From Verrucomicrobiota bacterium JB024 (GTDB lineage: Bacteria > Verrucomicrobiota > Verrucomicrobiia > Opitutales > Cerasicoccaceae): DNA of 24,000 bases. The notes below the pieces were generated by a model that had not been told where the DNA came from, searched no databases, and saw only the letters and a program-made list of their open reading frames with translations. Made by a program: the position numbers and the translations under genes. Numbering within the stretch: position 1 is the stretch's first letter; each line of letters opens with the position of its first letter. Below, piece after piece: positions 1 through 6,746 of the stretch. The stretch covers positions 48,954 through 72,953 of the forward strand of contig JAUTCS010000092.1 of assembly GCA_030673825.1 (NCBI GenBank). The letters run 5' to 3'.

Positions 1-392
1 GGGGAGGAGACGGAGGTACCGCCAGCGGCCACGGTGAGGTCTTCGCCTTCGGCCCAGGTCTCATCATTGATGATGAACTTGAAGACGAGCCCGTCAGTCG
101 CGCTGGCTGTGGACCAGGTCCAGTCGCCATCGACGCAGTCCATGAGCAGGCCCTTGTCCCAGGACAGGCCGCCGCCTTCACCGCGGATGCAGAGGTTGTT
201 CCCCCAGCCGATATCGACCTTGGCGATAACGGTGGTCAGCGGGGTCGCGGCTTTCTTGACCGTCTTCTTGGCGGCGGGCTTTTTGGCAGCCGTCTTCTTG
301 ACGACAGCCTTCTTGGCAACCGTCTTTTTAACGGGGGCCTCTTGCTTGACCGCTTTCTTCACAGCCTTCTTTGCAGCTTTTTTTGTAGCCAT
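1..392 (-). CDS. Lys/Ala-rich (histone H1-like tail) protein with a C-terminal beta-sandwich/carbohydrate-binding-module-like domain; the 3' end runs off the window
   Basis: Absent from the ORF track because it runs off the edge. Hand translation of the reverse strand from the ATG at 392-390 gives MATKKAAKKAVKKAVKQEAPVKKTVAKKAVVKKTAAKKPAAKKTVKKAATPLTTVIAKVDIGWGNNLCIRGEGGGLSWDKGLLMDCVDGDWTWSTASATDGLVFKFIINDETWAEGEDLTVAAGGTSVSS. That is 130 codons with no stop. The listed + ORF 34..408 is its antisense shadow. Confidence 0.75.
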   Translation of the reverse strand, partial: MATKKAAKKAVKKAVKQEAPVKKTVAKKAVVKKTAAKKPAAKKTVKKAATPLTTVIAKVDIGWGNNLCIRGEGGGLSWDKGLLMDCVDGDWTWSTASATDGLVFKFIINDETWAEGEDLTVAAGGTSVSS

Positions 393-545
393 AATATTGT
401 CTGTTTAGATTGGGGGTAGTTCAGAGTTCCTAGCACATGCAGGGCCAACTGCAAGATGATTTCCTAACCGCCATATAATCGTGACGCGATTTGAGGGACT
501 GTCCTTAAGTGGTTGATGGTTTGTCCCCGACTGTGGGAAGTCCCG

Positions 546-3308
546 TTAGTTTTCGTTGCGCGGGGGAAACGGATTGCGCGTGTTTATCCGTGAGAGAGAG
601 TCGTTCAGGCGGGAACCGAGCACACGTGAGAGGTTGAGGAAGAGCTTGCTGGAGATGAAGGGGCTGGAGCGCTGAAGCTTGAGCAGACTGTCCCAGTCGA
701 GCACGAGGAGTTTACCCGCGGTGCGCGCGGTGACGTCCGCCGTGCGCCGCACGCGCGAGACCAGCGCGACCTCGCCCACGACGTCGCCGAGCGCGAGATT
801 GGACAGGACCATCTTTTCGCCCTCGACCTGCTTGCTGACTTCAAATTCACCGTCGATGACGACATACATCCGGTGCCCGAGTTCCCCCTCCTGGATGATG
901 CGCTGGTCCGGCTCGCAGTTTTCGAGGTTGGCGAGGAGGATGAGTTTTTTCGCCTGCCACCGGGTCATGCCGTGGAAGACCGGCGAGGACTCAATGAGGG
1001 TCTTGCGCAGGTTGAAGCCGATCACGTCCCACAGGGTGATCAGGCGCGTGGTGGACAGCAGCACGGGCGTCAGGATGATGTCCGCCGCAAAGGCCAGGAG
1101 CATGACAAAGGCACTCAGCAGGCCGAACTGCATGACCGGCATGAAGCTGGAAAAGCCCAGCACGACGAAGCCCCCGGCAAGGCCGAGCGAGGTTGTCATG
1201 ACCGGGAAAAACTCCGCCCGCAGGCAATTGGCGATGGCGGGGCGCTCCTCCTTGCACACCTTCAGTTCGCGGTTGTAGCGCACCATGAGGTGCAGGGTGT
1301 CGTCCACCGCGATACCGATGGTGATGGCGGCGACCATGCACGTGCCGACGTTCAGCGGAATACCCGTGAGCGCCATCATGCCGAAGACTACCACGATGGC
1401 GAAGACGTTCGAGAGCACCGTGATGAAGCCCGCCCGGAAGGACAAAAACAGCAGCCCCACCGTGATGAACAAAAACGCGATCATGCTCGTGAGCGAGAGC
1501 ACCTGCCCGGTGATGATCTTGTCCACCGCGCTGGCCGCCAGCACGCTCTGCCCGGTCACGCTGAAGTCGTGCCGCCCGAAGTCCCCGCTTGCGAGCTTTT
1601 GCTCGATGTCGCTGACGAGCTCGTTAAAGGCGCTGCTGTCGTTAATGTCGCAGCGGATGACGATGTTGAGCTTCGAGTAGTCGCCGCTGACGTAGGGGCG
1701 AAGACTGGAGCGGTGGAAAAAGATCAGGTACTGCGCCACGAGCGCGTCCTTGTCGGGGACTTTGCGCAGGGTCGGATCGTCGCCGAACATGGCCTGGTTG
1801 ACCAGCGAGAGGTAGTCGGTCAGGCCGATGACCTTGTCGAGGTCGCCGCGCGCGCGCAGCCACTGCACGAGCTGCTCGGCCTGCTGGAGCTTCTTGGCCT
1901 GCTTGTAGTCGCCGGGTTCGCCCTCCAGGGTGATATACGCGACCTTGCTCCCGCTCATGCGCTCGGCCACGGTGTTGAGCTTTTCGAGGATGGGAGACTC
2001 GGGCTTGAGAAAGCTCAGCAGGTCGTTGCTCACCTTGATGCGGGGGATCAGAAACAGGCACGGCACCGCGATCAGCGTAAAAATCAGCATGACCGTGCGC
2101 GGGCGGGCGACCACGCGCGTCATGATCAGTGCGGTGACGGCGCGGGTCAGGCGACGGTGCCAGGCCTGCTCGGCCTCGGCATGAGGGGCGGGCTTGATGA
2201 AGCGTCCGAAGTAGCGCAGGTACGCGGGCAGGAAAAAGACGGACACCGCGAAACGCGCCGCCAGTCCGAAGGCCGCGCTCATCCCGAAGTCCTGCATGAT
2301 CCGGAGGGCGTTGATCCCCGTGACGGCGAAGCCGAGCGTCGTGGTCAGCGCGGTCAGGCAGATGGTCAGGCCGATGCGCCCGGCCACGCCGCGGATGGCG
2401 TCCAGCCCCTCGATGCCCTCGTCGCGCAGCTCGCGGTACTCGGTGAGTATGTGCACGTCCTCGGTCGCCCCGATGATCAGGATGAGCGCCGGGACGATGT
2501 AGTTGAGCATGCTCACGGGGATGCCCGCCAGCGCCATGAACCCGAGGGTCCAGACGGTGGCGATGGCAGCGTTGAGCACCGGGATGACGGAGGCCTGGGC
2601 GCTGCTCATGAGCAGCCCGATGAGTCCGATGAGGATCAGGCAGGAGACCGGCAGGAGGAGCTTCTGGTCGCCCAGGATGTAGTCGCCCATCCACACATGC
2701 ACGGCGGGTGCGCCCACTTGGAAGACCCGTCCGAACGTGTCCGCGTAGCGGTCGAGGATCTGTTGGATGGCGTTGTAAACCTCCCGGTCATAGGTGCTCT
2801 CGGAGCCCGAGGGCGGCTTGAGGTAAAGGGTGAGAAGCGTAGCCTCGCCGTCGGGGGAGATGACGGCACGCTCCAGCAGCGGATTGGCCAGGGCCAGCGC
2901 TTTTTCCTGGTCGGCGGCTTTCTGCGTCTTCGGGAGGGTCTGGAGCAGGGGGGTAGTGTCCACCCAGCCACCGGAGCCCCGGATGTTTTTCACCGTAAAG
3001 AGGTTTTCCTCGCGCTGGACCTGCGGCAGCTGCTTGAGGTCCTGGCTCAGGGCCTTGAGCGCTTCCAGCTTTTGCGGGCTGAAAAGCGCAGCATCCTCGA
3101 CGTAGACGGAGGCCAGACGGTCGGAGCCGAACTCCTCGCGCACGGCCTCGTAGCGCAGGCGCTCGGGGCTGTTTTTCGGGATGAGCTCCTCGGTCGAGAC
3201 ATTGACCTGGAGGTGCGAAGCCTGCCAAAGCCCAAGGCCCGTGATCACGGCAAACGCCACTATGACCACCCAAGCGTGCCGATAGCAGAACTGGAAGAGA
3301 GACTGCAC
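546..3308 (-). CDS. MMPL/RND-superfamily membrane transporter (predicted lipid/envelope exporter) fused to a C-terminal cyclic-nucleotide-binding domain
   Basis: 920-aa ORF with a GTG start at 3308. It shows the duplicated 6-TM plus large-loop architecture typical of MMPL/RND. Paired membrane motifs are ALILIIGATEDVHIL and AITIGIAVDDTLHLMVRY. The C-terminal ~110 aa form a cNMP-binding fold (see next feature). Confidence 0.9.
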   Translation of the reverse strand: MQSLFQFCYRHAWVVIVAFAVITGLGLWQASHLQVNVSTEELIPKNSPERLRYEAVREEFGSDRLASVYVEDAALFSPQKLEALKALSQDLKQLPQVQREENLFTVKNIRGSGGWVDTTPLLQTLPKTQKAADQEKALALANPLLERAVISPDGEATLLTLYLKPPSGSESTYDREVYNAIQQILDRYADTFGRVFQVGAPAVHVWMGDYILGDQKLLLPVSCLILIGLIGLLMSSAQASVIPVLNAAIATVWTLGFMALAGIPVSMLNYIVPALILIIGATEDVHILTEYRELRDEGIEGLDAIRGVAGRIGLTICLTALTTTLGFAVTGINALRIMQDFGMSAAFGLAARFAVSVFFLPAYLRYFGRFIKPAPHAEAEQAWHRRLTRAVTALIMTRVVARPRTVMLIFTLIAVPCLFLIPRIKVSNDLLSFLKPESPILEKLNTVAERMSGSKVAYITLEGEPGDYKQAKKLQQAEQLVQWLRARGDLDKVIGLTDYLSLVNQAMFGDDPTLRKVPDKDALVAQYLIFFHRSSLRPYVSGDYSKLNIVIRCDINDSSAFNELVSDIEQKLASGDFGRHDFSVTGQSVLAASAVDKIITGQVLSLTSMIAFLFITVGLLFLSFRAGFITVLSNVFAIVVVFGMMALTGIPLNVGTCMVAAITIGIAVDDTLHLMVRYNRELKVCKEERPAIANCLRAEFFPVMTTSLGLAGGFVVLGFSSFMPVMQFGLLSAFVMLLAFAADIILTPVLLSTTRLITLWDVIGFNLRKTLIESSPVFHGMTRWQAKKLILLANLENCEPDQRIIQEGELGHRMYVVIDGEFEVSKQVEGEKMVLSNLALGDVVGEVALVSRVRRTADVTARTAGKLLVLDWDSLLKLQRSSPFISSKLFLNLSRVLGSRLNDSLSRINTRNPFPPRNEN
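594..926 (-). other. Cyclic-nucleotide-binding (CAP/PKA-type) domain at the C-terminus of the MMPL transporter
   Basis: Sequence RIIQEGELGHRMYVVIDGEFEVSK...LALGDVVGEVALVSRVRRTADVTARTAGKLLVLD. An intact phosphate-binding cassette GEVALVSRVRRTADVTA maps to nt 726..776, checked by hand back-translation. It follows the last TM, so it is predicted cytoplasmic. Confidence 0.85.
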
Positions 3309-3434
3309 CCGTTAAGTCGCAGGCATGGGCTTGATTACCCAGCCTGATAGGCTCTGAGCATGGGTAATTGCCCCTTGCTCACAAGCGAAAATACACGGGC
3401 TTTCCGTGGGGAAAGCACGGATGGGGGAGGGGCA

Positions 3435-4307
3435 TCAGCTCTTTTTGCCGTCGTCAGCCTGCGTTTCTTCCAGGATCTTCAGCAGGAGGGCATCTTCCTC
3501 TTCCTGGTTCTGGAGAGCCTCGACGGTGAACAGCTCCTCGGGCACCGGCTTGTTCAGGCGGGCCTTGAGCACGGTCATGATGGAAGAGGTGCTGTTGGTG
3601 TGGTTATTCATCGTCGCGCGGCGGGGGCGCTCGGTGGCACCGTCCACTTCGGGCGAGTTGTAGTCGTACCCGTTGAAGGTCTTGAAGGGCTCCTTTTCGC
3701 CCTCGGCGTAGAACTCGATGCGCAGGATGTTGTAGCTGTCTTTGTCGATGTAGAGCAGGCGGCTCGGGTAGTCCTGGCGGTTCTTGATATCGACGTTGGC
3801 CGGAGCGGACATGATGACGAAGACTTCCTTACCCTCCAGCTCCTCGTCCATCAGGCGGTAGTACTGGAACTCTTCGGGGTTTTCCTTGCGCAGGTCGTCG
3901 AAGGTGAAGTCCGAGTCCATGAACGGCGCGTTCTTCTGGTTGCCGGTGATCTGGCGTGCCTGACCCAGCGCGGGCAGGTAAAAGTACTGGTCGGCCTCGC
4001 CGCCGGGCTTCTCCAGGGTCAGCAGGGAGACCCCGCTGATGTCCGCCGGGGAGAGGAAGCGGATGAGGTAGCGCAGGTTGCCGTCCTTGTCCGGCTTGAC
4101 GGCGCTGATCATCTCGCGCACCTGGGTGTTACCGTCCTCATCGACGATGACCATCTTGATCAACTCGACCTCGGATTCGGCAGCCTGGTGAGACTTGAGC
4201 TCGCTCATGATCTCATCGGCCTGTTTATAGTTAGCCTTCCGGAAGCCCGACAGCGGCAAAGCGGTCGCGAGCAGCAGAAGCGCGATGGCAATCCTACGGA
4301 ACGTCAT
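3435..4307 (-). CDS. LolA-like outer-membrane lipoprotein-sorting family protein (periplasmic partner of MMPL-type exporters)
   Basis: 290 aa with signal peptide MTFRRIAIALLLLATALPLSG. The motif YFYLPALGQARQITGNQKNAPFMDSDFTFDDL matches my memory of the LolA_like (PF17131-type) family. It lies directly upstream of the MMPL gene on the same strand. Confidence 0.8.
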   Translation of the reverse strand: MTFRRIAIALLLLATALPLSGFRKANYKQADEIMSELKSHQAAESEVELIKMVIVDEDGNTQVREMISAVKPDKDGNLRYLIRFLSPADISGVSLLTLEKPGGEADQYFYLPALGQARQITGNQKNAPFMDSDFTFDDLRKENPEEFQYYRLMDEELEGKEVFVIMSAPANVDIKNRQDYPSRLLYIDKDSYNILRIEFYAEGEKEPFKTFNGYDYNSPEVDGATERPRRATMNNHTNSTSSIMTVLKARLNKPVPEELFTVEALQNQEEEDALLLKILEETQADDGKKS

Positions 4308-4395
4308 GACGGTAGCAAAACTTGGCGTAATGTAAACGATTAGCAGATGTTGTCAAACGGGAAGCTTCCCGCGCTCTTATCGGCCGGACGTTCGC

Positions 4396-5046
4396 TCAGT
4401 TAAGCTGCTGCGGATTGTCGATCAGGCCAAAGGCGAGGGCTTGCCGGGTGAGTCCGGCGACGTCGTGGACGCCGAGCTTTTTCATCAGGTTCGCGCGGTG
4501 GGTGTCGGCCGTTTTCACGCTGATGTCGAGCTTGGCGGCGATCTCCTTGCTCGTGCAGCTCTCGGCGATCAACTGGAGGACCTGCCGTTCGCGCGGTGTC
4601 AGTTCCTCCAGGGAGTCCCCTTGTGTCGGGTTGATCATGATCTCGCGCATGATGTCCACGATACGGGGACCGAAATAGCTCTGGCCGGCGACGATCTTCT
4701 CGATCGCGACCTCCAGCTCGTTGAGGTTGGCGTCCTTTTCAATGAAGCCCTCGATGCCCGCCTCCAGCACCTTTTTGACCACGTTTTTACTCGGGAAGGC
4801 GGAAAAGATGAGGATGTCGGGCTTGCGGTCAGCGTTTTTGAGCTGGCGCAGGACCTCGACGCCGTTGAGCTGCGGCAGCATGATGTCGAGCACGACGATG
4901 TCGGGGCGCTTGTCATTGATTTCGCGCAGGGCCTCGTGCCCGTCGGCAAGGGCGCCGACGACTTCAATGCCGGGGTACGACTCCAGCAGGCGGCAAATCA
5001 GGTCCCGCAGGATGGTTTGGTCTTCGACTACAACGACGCGCTTCAT
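4396..5046 (-). CDS. NarL/FixJ-family response regulator (REC + LuxR-type HTH)
   Basis: The true start is taken at MKRVVVVEDQ (ATG 5046-5044). The track's 286-aa version adds a Pro/Gly-rich non-coding-looking extension. Receiver motifs are DIVVLDIMLP (acceptor Asp), ILIFSA and EGFIEKD. The HTH is LTPRERQVLQLIAESCTSKEIAAKLDISVKTADTHRANLMKKLGV. Confidence 0.9.
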   Translation of the reverse strand: MKRVVVVEDQTILRDLICRLLESYPGIEVVGALADGHEALREINDKRPDIVVLDIMLPQLNGVEVLRQLKNADRKPDILIFSAFPSKNVVKKVLEAGIEGFIEKDANLNELEVAIEKIVAGQSYFGPRIVDIMREIMINPTQGDSLEELTPRERQVLQLIAESCTSKEIAAKLDISVKTADTHRANLMKKLGVHDVAGLTRQALAFGLIDNPQQLN

Positions 5047-5267
5047 GAGAGATATTTGCGATACTACAGGGTTCCAACCCTCCTTGGCAATCCCCTTTCC
5101 CGCAGGGAAAGGACCGGGCGGGGGAGGGGGGAATGGCTGAGTGCGGGTAGGGAAAAATACCGAATGAGAAGCAGGATAGGCCGTAGTCGCTATTCGTACG
5201 AGGAAGAGGGCGTGCAGGGTGGTTTGGGCTTTGAATCGCGCGTGGCTGTGATACAAAGATTTTTGCC

Positions 5268-5921
5268 ATGTCCGCTCGTCGCCACAAATTGTCTGAGGTC
5301 CAACTACTGTTTGTTTTTTGTGTGCTTGTTGCCGCGTTTGGAGCGGTTTCTATTTATTTCCTTCGCGTTTACCTCGAAGCAACTGCTCCTGATCCAGGGC
5401 CGGTAAATATTGAATACACAGATTACGATTTCGACCGGAAGGGAAATTCGACCTGGTGGGGATTTCGTTGTACGTCTCCGACGTTTAAAGGCGAACTGAG
5501 GTTGGTGGCTAAATCGGAGGGTGAAGACCAGATACTGTTTTCGCTGCCGATTGTTGTCACCGATGCATCAACCGTAAATATACGCATCCTACAGGATTGG
5601 GAAAAAACATATGACGCACCTGCGAAATACATGCTGGACGTTTCGTGGGAGCCAGCTGATTCAAATGGCCAAGCACGGGATCAGGGGGAGGCGGATATCC
5701 GCGGACGTAGCTACACCTGCCTGATGCCGAAGTTCTCGGAGTTGAGTAATTATTCCTATAGTGTTTGGCTGGAGAATACTTACTACCGACTTTGGACTTT
5801 TGAGTCTATTGGGCAAGGAGAGGAACAATCCCCAGAGTCGAACCTGTTGCTCGAACTACGTCTCTATCCAGATGAGGCCTTGATAAATGCGTGGGAAGAA
5901 CGTGAGTCCGAGGCCTTTTAG
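5268..5921 (+). CDS. Hypothetical membrane-anchored protein (N-terminal TM anchor, no recognisable domain)
   Basis: 217-aa ORF with an ATG start. The N-terminus MSARRHKLSEVQLLFVFCVLVAAFGAVSIYFL is a signal-anchor. Local GC is 45-48% in two hand-counted 60-nt samples versus about 67% in ppdK. I recognise no family. Confidence 0.6.
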   Translation: MSARRHKLSEVQLLFVFCVLVAAFGAVSIYFLRVYLEATAPDPGPVNIEYTDYDFDRKGNSTWWGFRCTSPTFKGELRLVAKSEGEDQILFSLPIVVTDASTVNIRILQDWEKTYDAPAKYMLDVSWEPADSNGQARDQGEADIRGRSYTCLMPKFSELSNYSYSVWLENTYYRLWTFESIGQGEEQSPESNLLLELRLYPDEALINAWEERESEAF

Positions 5922-5987
5922 TTTTTCTCGAACTCTCGTTCCGCATCCATCAACCGGGCGGGGGTGAGACCCTGTGTTTAGGCTTTC

Positions 5988-6016
5988 TTGACATTTTTAA
6001 TCAGGAATCATGATAT
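5988..6016 (+). promoter_or_regulatory. Possible sigma70-like promoter (TTGACA - 17 nt - TGATAT) upstream of or overlapping the start of the 6015/6024 gene
   Basis: A perfect -35 hexamer TTGACA sits at 5988-5993, followed by a 17-nt spacer and the weak -10 TGATAT at 6011-6016. If used, the ATG at 6024 would be nearly leaderless. This is pattern match only. Confidence 0.25.
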
Positions 6017-6746
6017 GCGGGGCATGCGCCACCTGCCCCTCATTCTGATTTTCTGCGTGTCAACCGCCTGTTACGGCAACTCAGCGCAGCCCGCGCCGGA
6101 GATCATCCCCTATGCCTCTCAAGCGGCCTTTAACCAGGCTCGCTCAATACTACAAGCCAGACGACTGGACTATATCGAGCGTGTGTTGCACATCAATAGG
6201 AGCACCTATGCTCCCGTGATTGCTCATTTTACCGGGCGAGTCCAGATCGTGGAAGTGGATTCCGGGCGGATCATTTGCGAAGCCCGAGTCGAGGCCAACG
6301 AGGAGACGGTATTCGCCGCCGAGTATGTTTCGCGCCAGGTGCAGCTCGGCACGCCCAAGAGCGAATGGCCGGGCGGATGTGGCCGTCCGATCGACAACGT
6401 AGCGGTCTCGTTTTTCTGGGTCAACCTCTCCGACTACGGGAAGCCCGTCGGTCCGGGAGAACTGGGCAGCTCCTTTGACGTTAGCACCAGCTACGTGTAT
6501 GACAGCGATGAGTATCCGACTTGGTATCAGGTTCCGGTCAATGACTGGGGCGAGGATGGTACGTATGTCTTTTGGGTGAGTGCGGTGGTCAAGCGCGGCG
6601 TCGAAGTAGAGACGGTGAAGGCGGGCATCCCCACAGGAAAAGCCGAGGGTGTGGACTATCTGTACATGATGCGGCTCGTGCCGGACGAAGAAACGGAGGC
6701 CGAGAGCTCAGCCGGTGGCCCTCCCGCCACCGTTACGCCCCACTGA
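6015..6746 (+). CDS. Hypothetical secreted protein or possible lipoprotein
   Basis: The track ORF starts at TTG 5988. I prefer ATG 6015, with AGGAA at 6003-6007, or ATG 6024. The signal peptide is MRGMRHLPLILIFCVSTACYG. I recognise no domain. Its 3' end overlaps the convergent hflX 3' end by 14 nt (6733..6746). Confidence 0.65.
   Translation: MRGMRHLPLILIFCVSTACYGNSAQPAPEIIPYASQAAFNQARSILQARRLDYIERVLHINRSTYAPVIAHFTGRVQIVEVDSGRIICEARVEANEETVFAAEYVSRQVQLGTPKSEWPGGCGRPIDNVAVSFFWVNLSDYGKPVGPGELGSSFDVSTSYVYDSDEYPTWYQVPVNDWGEDGTYVFWVSAVVKRGVEVETVKAGIPTGKAEGVDYLYMMRLVPDEETEAESSAGGPPATVTPH

Noticed and set aside
34-408. 124-aa + ORF with a hydrophobic FLAA/VFL repeat tail
   Set aside because: It is the reverse-complement reading of the AAG/GCC-rich Lys/Ala repeats of the real minus-strand gene (1..392). 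The FLTxxFLAA periodicity is a mirror of KKAxxKK.
873-3347. 824-aa + strand ORF opposite the MMPL gene. The nested ORFs 679..1278, 1285..1680 and 1642..2694 are similar.
   Set aside because: It is an antisense shadow typical of high-GC DNA. The translation is low-complexity (Arg/Gly/Asp/His/Ala-rich) with no domain pattern, while the minus-strand frame gives a coherent MMPL + cNMP protein.
4356-4369. Palindrome CGGGAAGCTTCCCG after the regulator gene, considered as a terminator. The hairpin GCTTTCC-GTGG-GGAAAGC at 3399..3416 after the LolA-like gene is similar.
   Set aside because: The stems are short. The first has no real loop and only TTT downstream. The second has its T-run displaced by about 8 nt. 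Neither is convincing as an intrinsic terminator, and both are compatible with operon read-through.
5115-5135. G-rich tract GGGCGGGGGAGGGGGGAATGG, a potential G-quadruplex, in the divergent regulator / orphan-gene intergenic region
   Set aside because: The G-runs are few and irregular in a GC-rich genome, and nothing in the sequence alone indicates function.
5047-5256. 70-aa N-terminal extension of the NarL-type regulator in the track (MYHSHARF...PFPPPPPGPF...)
   Set aside because: Receiver domains begin a few residues before the (V/I)xxxDD strand, and MKRVVVVEDQ at 5046 is the canonical start. The extension is Pro/Gly-rich and covers the palindrome-containing intergenic region.
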